A DNA stretch of 64,000 nucleotides from Collinsella sp. (GCA_018376905.1 JAHAAK010000007.1:13050-77049); one strand, 5' to 3'; counted from the first letter of the stretch, positions 9,580 through 18,998 are shown. Notes: generated by a model not told the origin, from the sequence alone. Translations and numbers: made by a program.

Positions 9580-10284
9580 ATGGCAATCAAGGTGTTCGCT
9601 GACGGTGCAAACCTCGAGGGCATGCTCGACATGTACGAGAACGGCAACGTTCAGGGTTTCACGACCAACCCGTCCCTTATGAAGAAGGGCGGCGTGACGG
9701 ATTACCGCGCGTTTGCCAAGGAGGTCCTGGCCCACATTACCGATGTGTCCGTGTCGTTTGAGGTCTTTGCCGACGACGTCGAGACCATGGAGGTCGAGGC
9801 CCGCGAGATTGCTACCTGGGCCGAGAACGTCTACGTCAAGATTCCGTGCGTGACCACCAAGGGCGAGTCCACCGCCGAGTTGGTGCGCAAGCTTTCGGCC
9901 GACGGCATCAAGGTCAATGTCACCACCATCTTTACGCCCGAGCAGGTCGACGAGATGGTCGAGACCGTTGACGCCGAGACCCCGTCCATCATTTCGCTCT
10001 TTGCCGGCCGTATCGCCGATACCGGCGTCGACCCCATTCCGTTTATGACGGAGTCGGTCGAGAAGGCCGCCGCCAAGCCCAACTGCGAGGTTCTGTGGGC
10101 GTCCACGCGCGAGCTCATCAATATCTACCAGGCGGAGGCCTGCGGCTGCCAGATCATCACGGTGCCCAACAGCATCCTGGCCAAGCGCAAGAACATCGGC
10201 CGCGACCCGTACGAGGTCTCGCTCGACACCGTCCGCGGCTTTGCCAAGGACATCGCCTCGCTCGGCTTCCATATCCTGCCGTAA
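9580..10284 (+). CDS. Transaldolase / fructose-6-phosphate aldolase family protein (TalC/Fsa type, about 234 aa)
   Basis: GFTTNPSL active-site region. Length and N-terminus MAIKVFADGANLE fit Fsa/TalC. RBS AAAGGAA. Confidence 0.8.
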   Translation: MAIKVFADGANLEGMLDMYENGNVQGFTTNPSLMKKGGVTDYRAFAKEVLAHITDVSVSFEVFADDVETMEVEAREIATWAENVYVKIPCVTTKGESTAELVRKLSADGIKVNVTTIFTPEQVDEMVETVDAETPSIISLFAGRIADTGVDPIPFMTESVEKAAAKPNCEVLWASTRELINIYQAEACGCQIITVPNSILAKRKNIGRDPYEVSLDTVRGFAKDIASLGFHILP

Positions 10285-10437
10285 CGCGAACACCGACTGT
10301 GTCGTGGGCTGTTCGCCCCGGCCTTTCCTTTCCCTATCGCTCACGCGCTTTGCGAGGGTCGCGCTAGGCAAAGGAAAGGCCGGGGCTGCCGACACGGGCT
10401 CGCTGGCAAGTTGGTACTTGGCTTCCATATCCTGCCG
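10264..10437. repeat. About 135-bp hairpin element flanked by an 18-21-bp direct duplication of the tal 3' end
   Basis: GGCTTCCATATCCTGCCG at 10264-10281 (the tal C-terminus) recurs at 10420-10437. Between the two copies lies the hairpin GCCCCGGCCTTTCCTTTCCC ... GGCAAAGGAAAGGCCGGGGC (10315-10396). Confidence 0.5.
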
Positions 10438-10523
10438 CAGGCAAAGGTACCCCCTTTAGCGACGTGCAAAATTGAGAGTATTCAGCAGGGTAAAGGCTTT
10501 TACCAGTTGATTGAAGCACGGAA

Positions 10524-10570
10524 CAGCCCCCGTTTTGGCTCTGGTGGCGCCAAAACGGGGGCTGTTTTTG
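10524..10570 (+). terminator. Rho-independent terminator inside an element flanked by inverted repeats
   Basis: Stem CAGCCCCCGTTTTGGC / GCCAAAACGGGGGCTG then TTTTTG. Flanked by imperfect inverted repeats TGCAAAATTGAGAGTATTC (10463) and GAATACTCGCGATTTTGCA (10613). Confidence 0.6.
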
Positions 10571-10665
10571 ACTTTATTGCCTCTGAGGGGCGTCCGGAAC
10601 GGCGGAATTTGCAGAATACTCGCGATTTTGCACATCACTACCGGGGGGACCCTTGCTTTAGGCGT

Positions 10666-12813
10666 TTACTTGCCCTGCACCATGGTGAGGGAGATCTTTT
10701 TGCGGTCGCGGTCGACCTTCTCCACCCACACCTTGACCGTATCGCCGACGCGCACGACGTCGCTCGGGTGCTTGACGAAGCGGTTAGCCAGCTTGGAGAT
10801 GTGCACGAGACCGTCCTGGTGCACGCCTACGTCGACGAAGGCGCCAAAGTCGACGACGTTGCGCACCGTGCCCTTGAGCTCCATGCCGGGCTCCAGGTCG
10901 TCGATGGAAAGCGCCGAGCGGCTAAAGACCACCTCGGGTGCGTCATCGCGCGGGTCGCGGCCGGGCTTTTTGAGTTCGTTAACGATGTCGATGAGCGTGA
11001 GGGTGCCGCAGTCTAGGTCGCTTGCCAGCGCCGAGATGCTGCCCAGGCGGCGCTCGATATCGGGTACGCCGCCACGGCTGAGTTCGCTGGCGGCAACGCC
11101 GGCGCGCTCCAGGACGGCCGTGGCCACCTCGTAGCTTTCGGGGTGGACGCTCGTCGCGTCGAGCGGGTTCTTACCGCCGCTGATGCGCAGGAAGCCCGCG
11201 GCGTTGAGGTATGCCTTGGGCCCCAACTTGGGGACCTTTTTGAGCTGGCGGCGATCGGTAAAGGCGCCGTTTTCCTCGCGGTACGCCACGATGTTCTTGG
11301 CCACGCTCGGCGTGATGCCCGATACGTATCCCAGCAGGCTCGCGCTCGCGGTATTTACGTCGACGCCCACGCGGTTGACGACGTCTTCCACCACGTGACC
11401 CAGCGTGCGCGAAAGCTCGGCCTGGTCAAGGTCGTGCTGGTATTGGCCCACGCCGATGGACTGGGGCGGAATCTTGACGAGCTCTGCCAGCGGGTCCTGC
11501 AGGCGACGACCCAAGCTCATGGCGCCGCGCACGGTGACATCCAGATCGGGATACTCCTGGCTCGCGAGCTCGGAGGCGGAATACACCGACGCGCCGGCCT
11601 CGTTGACGATGGTGTAGCGAAGGCTGGGCGCCTGCTCGGCAATGAACTCCGAGACGACTTCCTCGGTCTCGCGGCTGGCGGTGCCGTTGCCGATGACGAT
11701 GGTGTTGACGCCGTCCTTCTTGACGAGGCGGGCGAGCTCGCGCTTGGTGCCGGCGACGTCGTGGCGCGGCTTGGTGGGGTAGACCACGCCGTGGTCGAGC
11801 AGCTTGCCGGTCTCGTCCATGACGGCGACCTTGCAGCCGGTGCGGTATCCCGGGTCGAGCGCAAGCACGCGGGCGCCGCGGACGGGGCGGGCCGAGAGCA
11901 GACCCTCGAGATTCTTGGCAAAGATGTTGATGGCCTCGGTCTGCGCGCGGACGGTGAGCTTGGCGCGGGCCTCGCGCTCCAGCGAGGGGGCCATGAGGCG
12001 CTTGTAACCGTCAGCGATGGCGGCGTCAAAGACGGGAGCAAACACGCCCTGACGGCGGGGCCAACGGCTGCCGAGGCGTGCCGTGGCGGCAGCACCGTCG
12101 ACGTTCACGCGCACGCGGAGCTTGCCCTCGCGCTCACCGCGGTCGATAGCCAGCACGCGGTGGTTGGGTATACGGCGCAGCGGCTCATCATAGCTGTAGT
12201 ACGGCTCGTAGGGGGTCTTCTCGGTGGGGTCGGTGGCCTCGACGACGATATCGGCGGTGTTTTGCGTAAAAGCGCGCAGGTCGGCGACGTTCTCGGGGTC
12301 CTCGGCCACCGTCTCGGCCACGATGTCCGCCGCGCCGGCGAGCGCCTTCTCGGGCGTGTCGAAGCCGGCTTCCTCGTTGACGTAGGCCGCGGCGGCATCG
12401 AGTGCGCTGCCCTTGGCCGATGCCTGCATGATGATCATGTTGGCAAGCGGCTCCAGGCCTGCCTCGCGGGCCTTCTGCGCGCGGGTCATGCGCTTTTTGC
12501 GGTAGGGCTTGTAGAGGTCCTCGACACGCTGGAGCTGCGTGGCCTCGCGAATCTGCTGCTCGAGCTCGGGCGTGAGCTTGCCCTGGGCGTCGATGAGCAG
12601 AATGACGTCCTCTTTGCGCTGTTCAAGATTGCGCAGGTAGGACAGGCGCTCGTCGAGTGCGCGCAGGGCGACGTCGTCCATGCCGCCCGTTGCTTCTTTG
12701 CGGTAGCGCGAGATAAAGGGGATGGTGTTGCCCTCGTCGATGAGCTTGACGGCTGCCTCGATGTTGGCGGCCTTAAGGTTGAGCTCGTGGGCGAGCTGGG
12801 CGATAAGATCCAT
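10666..12813 (-). CDS. tex: Transcription accessory protein Tex (HhH, YqgF and S1 domains)
   Basis: N-terminus MDLIAQLAHELNLKAANIEAAVKLIDEGNTIPFISRYRKE and C-terminal S1 domain. Start taken at the Met 26 codons inside the ORF-track start. Confidence 0.85.
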   Translation of the reverse strand: MDLIAQLAHELNLKAANIEAAVKLIDEGNTIPFISRYRKEATGGMDDVALRALDERLSYLRNLEQRKEDVILLIDAQGKLTPELEQQIREATQLQRVEDLYKPYRKKRMTRAQKAREAGLEPLANMIIMQASAKGSALDAAAAYVNEEAGFDTPEKALAGAADIVAETVAEDPENVADLRAFTQNTADIVVEATDPTEKTPYEPYYSYDEPLRRIPNHRVLAIDRGEREGKLRVRVNVDGAAATARLGSRWPRRQGVFAPVFDAAIADGYKRLMAPSLEREARAKLTVRAQTEAINIFAKNLEGLLSARPVRGARVLALDPGYRTGCKVAVMDETGKLLDHGVVYPTKPRHDVAGTKRELARLVKKDGVNTIVIGNGTASRETEEVVSEFIAEQAPSLRYTIVNEAGASVYSASELASQEYPDLDVTVRGAMSLGRRLQDPLAELVKIPPQSIGVGQYQHDLDQAELSRTLGHVVEDVVNRVGVDVNTASASLLGYVSGITPSVAKNIVAYREENGAFTDRRQLKKVPKLGPKAYLNAAGFLRISGGKNPLDATSVHPESYEVATAVLERAGVAASELSRGGVPDIERRLGSISALASDLDCGTLTLIDIVNELKKPGRDPRDDAPEVVFSRSALSIDDLEPGMELKGTVRNVVDFGAFVDVGVHQDGLVHISKLANRFVKHPSDVVRVGDTVKVWVEKVDRDRKKISLTMVQGK

Positions 12814-12920
12814 GGGACTCCTTGCGTTTAAGGTGCGTTTGCAGCACAGGGCTACCAAGGATACCACCCGCCGCTCCACCAAAGCAGTCAATTTGGGACG
12901 GGCAAATCATCCCCAAGGCG

Positions 12921-12959
12921 CCAAAAAGCCCCGCGGGCAGGAAGGCTGCTCGCGGGGCA
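12921..12959 (-). terminator. Rho-independent terminator (minus strand) downstream of the Gfo/Idh/MocA gene
   Basis: On the minus strand, GCCCCGCGAGCAG...CTGCCCGCGGGGC is followed by TTTTTGG. Confidence 0.6.
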
Positions 12960-13031
12960 AAGAAGAGGGACTTGTTGGTGGCGGACCGAGGGGTCCGGCA
13001 TGGGGTTTCTGCCGCGGTCGCTCTTAAGGCA

Positions 13032-14072
13032 TTACAGCTCGACGAGCTGGCCGGTCTCGGCGGCCTCCTTGATGGCGTTGAGAAGCGTGAGCGTCTTGAC
13101 GTTATCGGCGGGGGTCACGACGGGCTCGACCTCGCGGCGAACAACCTTTACAAAGTGCTTGAGCTGCATCTTGTGCGGCAGTGCCGGGTCGACGGCCGGA
13201 ATCTCCATCTGCAGCGGCTTGTGCCAGTTAGAGGCGCCGTCGTAGGAGAACTGGTGCAGGCGGGGCAGCGACAGGGCGCCCTTAGTGCCGCCGATAAAGT
13301 AGGCGTCGGCGTCGAAGGGGCGGTACTGCGGATCCTCGCGAGCGGTTGCCTCCCAGTTCCAGGGGCTGGCGGTGGCGTCGGAGATGGTCATGCTTGCGAG
13401 CGCGCCATCGGCAAAACGGACGTTGACCACGGCGGAGTCCTCGGTCTCAAAACCGCGGGCGGCGCTGGACTGCATACCCTGGACGGCAACGGGCTCGCCC
13501 AGCAGGTAGCGGAGCAGGTCGACGTCGTGCACCAGGTTGACCAGGATCGGGCCGGCACCCTTCTTGCGGCGCCACTCGACATCGAAATACTCGTCATTCT
13601 TATAGATCATGTAGTGGAAGCTCGACACGGTGAGCTTGCCCAGCTCGCCGGACTCGATGATCTCCTTGGCCTTGTTGACGAAGGGGTTGTGGCGACGGTG
13701 CTGACCCACGAGCACGGGCACGCCGGCGGTTTCGGCCTCGGCGGCGAAGGCCTGGGCATCCTCGAGGTCGTTGGAGATCGGCTTTTCGACCAGCGGCACG
13801 ATGTTGCGCTTCACGGCCTCGCGGGCAACGCCCAGGTGCAGGTCGTTGGGGGTGGCGATGATGACGGCCTCGGGCTTGACCTCGTCCATCATCTGGGCGG
13901 GATCGGTAAAGAACGGCACGCCGGCGGCCTCGGCCGTGGCGCGGGCGCCCTCAAAGGCGTCGGCGATGGCGACGAGCTCGGCCTCGGGCTCCTCGGTGAC
14001 AAAGCGGATGTGGTTGCGGCCCATGGCGCCGGCACCGATAACGGCAATGCGGACGGGGTTGAGCTCAGGCAT
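13032..14072 (-). CDS. Gfo/Idh/MocA-family NAD(P)-dependent oxidoreductase
   Basis: N-terminal Rossmann fold VRIAVIGAGAMGRNHI plus the C-terminal alpha/beta domain of the family. Confidence 0.8.
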   Translation of the reverse strand: MPELNPVRIAVIGAGAMGRNHIRFVTEEPEAELVAIADAFEGARATAEAAGVPFFTDPAQMMDEVKPEAVIIATPNDLHLGVAREAVKRNIVPLVEKPISNDLEDAQAFAAEAETAGVPVLVGQHRRHNPFVNKAKEIIESGELGKLTVSSFHYMIYKNDEYFDVEWRRKKGAGPILVNLVHDVDLLRYLLGEPVAVQGMQSSAARGFETEDSAVVNVRFADGALASMTISDATASPWNWEATAREDPQYRPFDADAYFIGGTKGALSLPRLHQFSYDGASNWHKPLQMEIPAVDPALPHKMQLKHFVKVVRREVEPVVTPADNVKTLTLLNAIKEAAETGQLVEL

Positions 14073-14102
14073 TTCGACTCCTTAATACTGGTGACCAGTG
14101 GA

Positions 14103-14133
14103 ATGCGACAAAGGGGCTGTCCCTTTGTCGCAT
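14103..14133. repeat. Family-A palindrome variant ATGCGACAAAGGGGCTGTCCCTTTGTCGCAT
   Basis: Perfect palindrome between the Gfo stop and the MFS stop. A variant of the 929 copy with compensated changes in both arms. Confidence 0.8.
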
Positions 14134-14141
14134 CGGTAAAA

Positions 14142-15398
14142 CTAGGCGGACTTCTTCTTGCTGTCGGAGACCATCATGTAGACGGTGAGCACGACGGCGA
14201 TGGCGGCGATCACAATAGCGCCGTAGAAGGACTGCTGGTAGGCGGCGCTGCCGGCCTCGGCGTGATACAGCACGGCGGTGATGGGCTGGCTGATCCAGGT
14301 GGAAGCGGCGTAGCCCAAAAACATGATGCCGTAGTTGACGCCGATGTTGCTGGTGCCGAAGGCGCCACCGGTGAGCGGCGGGTAGATGACGAGCAGGGCG
14401 CCAAAGCTAAAGCCGAGCAGGGCGAGCGCCACAAAGAACATGCCCTGCGTAAAGCTCATCGACATGATGACGAGTGCGACGATGGTGACGACAAGGCTGA
14501 TGAGCAGCGACTTATAGGCGCCGAGCTTGTCGATGATCTGGCCAAAGGACAGACGGCCAACCAGGTTGGCGCAGGTGTTGACGGAGACCACCACACCGCC
14601 GAGGGCGACGGCCGCGGCGCTCGTGGGGTCGGCGAAGAGCTGGACGGCGGCGATGGAGGCAACCTTGCCCACGAGCAGGGTGCCCGCGGTGGCGGCAAAG
14701 GCGAAGGTGACGATGAGGACCCAGAAGCGCGGGGTCTTGACCATCTCGCCCGGGGTGAGGTCGCCGAAGGTGCCGGCATGCGCGCCGCCCTTGGGGGCCT
14801 CGAAGCCCTCGGGCAGCCAACCGGCCTCGGGGGCCTTCAGGAACAGGGCGGAGGCGGCGATCATCACAAAGAAGATGACGCCGAGCGCCTTAAGGGCGCC
14901 AAAGATGCCCAGGCTCGGGATGAGCAGCGAGGCGAGCACTGGGGACAGCACGGCGGGGCCGGCGGTTGAAGCGGCCAGGGTGATGCCGGAGGCGAGGCCC
15001 TTCTTGTCGATGAACCACTTTTGGCCGGTGGTGAGCGCCGGGTTGTAGCCCAGGCCGTTGCCGATGGCGGCGACGAGCGAGAACCACAGGTAGAACTGCC
15101 ACGGCTCGGTGACGGTGCCGGACATGAACCAGCCCACGCCGTAGCACACGGCGGCGGCGATCACGACGTTGCGCGGGCCGATCTTATCGGAGATGCGGCC
15201 GGCGAAGATGCCCGTCACAGCCATGATGGTCTGAAAGACCGGGAAGGCCCAGGTAAGAGCGCTGGACCACTCGGGGTAGACGGCGAGCAGGTTCTTGCTC
15301 ACGACGGAATACAGCGCGATGGAGCTGATGAAGAACATGGTGACGCACGCGGCGGAAAGCACGACGGCGCGACCCTTGTTGGAGTTGGTGGAAGCCAT
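14142..15398 (-). CDS. MFS transporter, oxalate/formate antiporter (OFA)-like family
   Basis: 418 aa with 12 TM segments and an OFA-type N-terminus. Confidence 0.75.
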   Translation of the reverse strand: MASTNSNKGRAVVLSAACVTMFFISSIALYSVVSKNLLAVYPEWSSALTWAFPVFQTIMAVTGIFAGRISDKIGPRNVVIAAAVCYGVGWFMSGTVTEPWQFYLWFSLVAAIGNGLGYNPALTTGQKWFIDKKGLASGITLAASTAGPAVLSPVLASLLIPSLGIFGALKALGVIFFVMIAASALFLKAPEAGWLPEGFEAPKGGAHAGTFGDLTPGEMVKTPRFWVLIVTFAFAATAGTLLVGKVASIAAVQLFADPTSAAAVALGGVVVSVNTCANLVGRLSFGQIIDKLGAYKSLLISLVVTIVALVIMSMSFTQGMFFVALALLGFSFGALLVIYPPLTGGAFGTSNIGVNYGIMFLGYAASTWISQPITAVLYHAEAGSAAYQQSFYGAIVIAAIAVVLTVYMMVSDSKKKSA

Positions 15399-15463
15399 TG
15401 GACTCTTTCTAATCGATGCGGGGGAGGAGCGGGCGTGTCCGCGGGCCTCCCTGTTAGGTTGGT

Positions 15464-16345
15464 TTACTGGTCAGTCGGCTTGGCGACGCCGGACTCATCG
15501 GACCAGAGCTCGACGCCCTTGTTCTTAAGGTAGTTGTCGGCATATGCGCGACGGCCGCCGGACTTGGCGGTGAGGTCGCCCATCATGTTGGAGAAGCCGC
15601 CGTCGACCTTGATGGCGTCGCCGGTGGTAAAGTCCGAACGCTTGGACGCCAGGAACATGACGGCGTTGGCGATATCGCTGACCTCGCCGATGCGACGCGT
15701 GGCGATCAGACGGCTGCGGCTCTTCTCGACCTCGGGGTCGGCGTAAAAGCTTGCCGACATGGGGGTTTTGACAAAGCAGGGCTCGACGCAGTTGGAGCGG
15801 ACGCCGTAGGGGCCCCACTCGGCGGCGAGCATCTTGGACATCATGTTGACGCCGGCCTTAGTGGAGCTGTACACACCCGAGAACGTCTCGGGGGAGTGGC
15901 TGGCAACGGTCGAGATGTGCACCAGGCGACCCTGGCCGGCCTTGATCATTTCGCGACCAAAGCGCTGCGAGGTGATGAAGTAACCGGTGAGGTTGACGTT
16001 GAGCACCTGCTCCCAGTCGCTCAGCGGCAGGTCCTCCATGGCGGCGAAGCGCAGGATGCCGGCGGTGTTGACGAGAACGTCGACGCGGCCGAAGTCGGCG
16101 ATGGTGGCATCGACGGCGGCCTGAACCTCAGCCTCGTCGGTGGCGTTCATCTTGTAGCCCTCGGCGTGGATGCCAAACTCGGCGGCGAGGTCGGCGGCTG
16201 CGGCCTTGACCTTTTCCTCGTCTAGATCGAGCAGGACGACGTTGGCGCCGTTGCGGGCGAACTCGCGGCAAATCTCGACGCCCATACCGCCGAGTGCGCC
16301 AGTCACGGCGCAGACATCGCCTTCGAGCTTGAGCCAATTGCTCAT
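15464..16345 (-). CDS. SDR-family short-chain dehydrogenase/reductase with a C-terminal extension of about 40 aa
   Basis: TGALGGMG cofactor motif, NTAG, and catalytic S...YSSTK. Confidence 0.8.
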   Translation of the reverse strand: MSNWLKLEGDVCAVTGALGGMGVEICREFARNGANVVLLDLDEEKVKAAAADLAAEFGIHAEGYKMNATDEAEVQAAVDATIADFGRVDVLVNTAGILRFAAMEDLPLSDWEQVLNVNLTGYFITSQRFGREMIKAGQGRLVHISTVASHSPETFSGVYSSTKAGVNMMSKMLAAEWGPYGVRSNCVEPCFVKTPMSASFYADPEVEKSRSRLIATRRIGEVSDIANAVMFLASKRSDFTTGDAIKVDGGFSNMMGDLTAKSGGRRAYADNYLKNKGVELWSDESGVAKPTDQ

Positions 16346-16577
16346 AGGAACTTCCCTTCTTGTGCCTCCCGGTGGGTCGCTCCCATTAATCGACCCACGT
16401 GGTTTTCGCTGGTTATCGTATGCTTTGCATTTGCGCAGGTGAATTGCATATTTGTTAGAATGGCGTTAACCGTAGGTTTACACCGTGCGATGCAGTTTTT
16501 CTCAATTAAGCGCGTGACCTGCGAAAACAACCCCCTGTGGCGCCATGTGGCCACGGGTGCGAAAACGGGAGATTGAC

Positions 16578-17456
16578 GTGTACGATCGACGACTTGAGGC
16601 CATATCGGCCGCCGCGGAGCTGGGAAGCTTCTCGCGTGCGGCGGCAAAATTGCGCGTGTCGACCCCGGCGCTCGTCAAGCAGGTGTCGGGTTTCGAGGCC
16701 GAGTTCGGCATCACACTGTTCGAACGCTCGCACTCGGGCGTCAAGGTGACACCGGCCGGCGCGTTACTGGTAGACGACGCGCGCTCGATTATGCGCCAGT
16801 CCGAGGATGCCCTTCGCCGTGCCCGACGCGCGGCGGGCGATGGCGGCGCGGTGCGCCTGGGCGTGTCGATGATGTGCCCGGGGCGCCAAACGCTGTCGAT
16901 GTGGTCGGGCATCCACGATCTGGAACCGTCGCTGCGATTTGAGATCGTGCCGGTAAGCGACCTCTACGACGAGCGCGAATCCGTCATGCGTAGCCTCGGT
17001 CGAGAGGTGGATGTGGTGCAGTCGAGTTTTTCGACCCCGCGCTGGGGCGATGCCTGCCAAAAGCTCCGCATTGTCGACGTGCCGTTTTATATTGACCTGC
17101 CGCGCACGAGCCCACTGGCGCGCAAGACACGCATTACGGTCGCCGACTTGGAGGGTATGCGTCTGCGCGTGCTGCGCCACGGCAACGACGCCATGGACAG
17201 CCTGCGCATCGACCTTTTGGCCGACGGCGGCGTGGACGTGATCGATGTGGATAGCTTCGACTTTGCGCTCTTTAACGAAGCCGAGGAAAAGGGCGACGCG
17301 GTGCTCACCTGTGGAGCGTGGTCGGGGGTGCACCCGGCCTTTGTGGGCGTGCCGTTCCTGTGCGGCCGCGAGGTACCGGTCTTTTTGCACTATCCGCTCG
17401 AGCCCACCCTCCAAGTCCAAAAATTCGTCAACGCCATGGCACAACTTCTCAAATAG
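16578..17456 (+). CDS. LysR-family transcriptional regulator, divergent from the SDR/MFS/Gfo operon
   Basis: HTH region RRLEAISAAAELGSFSRAAAKLRVSTPALVKQV. GTG at 16578 preceded by GGGAG; ATG at 16545 is the alternative start. ATGC-N3-GCAT-type dyads lie in the divergent intergenic region. Confidence 0.7.
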   Translation: MYDRRLEAISAAAELGSFSRAAAKLRVSTPALVKQVSGFEAEFGITLFERSHSGVKVTPAGALLVDDARSIMRQSEDALRRARRAAGDGGAVRLGVSMMCPGRQTLSMWSGIHDLEPSLRFEIVPVSDLYDERESVMRSLGREVDVVQSSFSTPRWGDACQKLRIVDVPFYIDLPRTSPLARKTRITVADLEGMRLRVLRHGNDAMDSLRIDLLADGGVDVIDVDSFDFALFNEAEEKGDAVLTCGAWSGVHPAFVGVPFLCGREVPVFLHYPLEPTLQVQKFVNAMAQLLK

Positions 17457-17499
17457 CCAAAAGAGTCCCGTCCCAAATTAGCTACCCTTTGCTACGGGT

Positions 17500-18591
17500 T
17501 TAGCGGTCCTCGCGTTGCGGCCCGGCTGCCTCGGCTGTCTTTACGCGGTTCTTGTCGATGTACATGTTTTTGTCGGCCTGAGAAAAGAGCTCACGCATCA
17601 TAGGCGGTTCATCAAAATCACTGGAAAGCGCGTAGCCCACCGCATAGCTGATAGGCATGTCGGGGTGAGCCCCGGAATACTCGTTCACGTTCGCACGAAC
17701 CCGAGCGAGACAGGATTCCACAGCGGCTCGGTCGGCATCCCACAGCACCGCGATAAGCTCATCGCCGCCGTCGCGACCCACAAAGCAGGTCTCGGACGCC
17801 ACACTTCCCAGTTGTTGGGCAAAAGAGCGAATGTATTCATCGCCCTTCTCATGGCCGAAGTTGTTATTGACCATATGCAGATTGTTAAGATCGAAGACGC
17901 ACAGCGCAACGGGCGCCTCCGCGGAGACAGGCTGCTCCTGCCCCAAGATCTCCTCGCACTTATTCTTATTGGGCAGTCCTGTGGCTTCGTCGAGATAGAC
18001 TTTGCTCTGCAGCTCGCGGTTGAGCGCGGCAGTGCGCACCGCGCGAACAAGTTCGACCGCAAAGGTCGCCACCAAGCCCACGATGTCGATGATCACCAAG
18101 CCCTCGAGATAGTTGAGCGCCGACGCCTTCTCCTGAGAGTAGTCCTCTGCGAGTCGCGTAGCATCGTCGCAAATGCCAAAGAACTCCTCGCTCATGGAGA
18201 TGATGTCGGTGCTCTCGTAGCCGACTTCGCGCACGCGGCTAATCTCGGCGCAAAGCTCATCATAATAATTTGCAAGCTCGGTCATCTTTGCCTGATACTC
18301 ATCGTCGTCGAGACGGACGAGGTTGAGGTCGTCACTTCCGTAACGCAAGCCGTTGATGTATGAATCCACGGCTTTGAGCAGGTCATCTTGAGGCTGGCCC
18401 GCGTCCTCGAGCTTAACGATTCGCTGCGTGGTGCCGCGCACCAGGCCGGCGTAGTTGACCACACGCGCCGTGCCCTGGATATCGGAGACGAGCAGCATGA
18501 CATTGATGAAGAAGAAGATGAGAACTGCCGTGAGCACCATCATGAGCAGGCGCACCGCCTGGCTGGCCTTCTTGGCGACAGAAGTATTCAC
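17500..18591 (-). CDS. Membrane-anchored GGDEF-domain protein (diguanylate cyclase-like, variant GGDEL motif)
   Basis: One N-terminal TM helix, a sensor region, then a GGDEF fold with LNNLHMVNNNFGHEKGD and RDGGDELIAVL. Confidence 0.75.
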   Translation of the reverse strand: MNTSVAKKASQAVRLLMMVLTAVLIFFFINVMLLVSDIQGTARVVNYAGLVRGTTQRIVKLEDAGQPQDDLLKAVDSYINGLRYGSDDLNLVRLDDDEYQAKMTELANYYDELCAEISRVREVGYESTDIISMSEEFFGICDDATRLAEDYSQEKASALNYLEGLVIIDIVGLVATFAVELVRAVRTAALNRELQSKVYLDEATGLPNKNKCEEILGQEQPVSAEAPVALCVFDLNNLHMVNNNFGHEKGDEYIRSFAQQLGSVASETCFVGRDGGDELIAVLWDADRAAVESCLARVRANVNEYSGAHPDMPISYAVGYALSSDFDEPPMMRELFSQADKNMYIDKNRVKTAEAAGPQREDR

Positions 18592-18780
18592 AAGTTCACT
18601 TCCCTAAATGACAAAAGAACAGGTAGCACGCAGTGTGCTGAAATTCATGGGTGGTTAACTCTACCATATGGGCCAGCAGCCTTAAACTGCAGCAGACGCT
18701 CGTCCAAATTGGCGTGACGCTTGCCTTGTTGTTCTTGACCTGGCCGCGCTATCGGACATGCTTCTGGTCTTGGATCACCA

Positions 18781-18962
18781 TGGGACAGCTCATCCCGTTT
18801 TGTGCGTACAGAGTGGGATGCGGGGGACCAAAGGTGCCGTTAGGGGAAACCACATCCCGGTTTATGCCTTGAAATGGGATGCCGTTTCCCGGAGGGGGCC
18901 AGCGGGAAACGGCATCCCATTCTGAGCCCGAAAAGTGGGATACGGTTTCCGGCTGGCATGAA
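18781..18962. repeat. Cluster of four tandem, related hairpin units closed by TGGGAT(G/A)C ... (G)CATCCCA
   Basis: Unit at 18875-18919 is a perfect 17-bp stem: TGGGATGCCGTTTCCCGG / CCGGGAAACGGCATCCCA. Related units at 18781-18796, 18813-18858 and 18945-18962. Confidence 0.6.
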
Positions 18963-18998
18963 AAAAGCCCCCACAGCTCATATGAACTGCGGGGGCTT
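18961..18998 (-). terminator. Rho-independent terminator (minus strand) downstream of the ABC exporter operon
   Basis: Minus strand reads GCCCCCGCAGTTCATATGAGCTGTGGGGGC followed by TTTTTT. Confidence 0.75.

Noticed and set aside
18781-18962. CRISPR or tRNA interpretation of the hairpin cluster
   Set aside because: The units differ in length and interior sequence, with no regular repeat-spacer structure, and there is no cloverleaf or conserved tRNA box.
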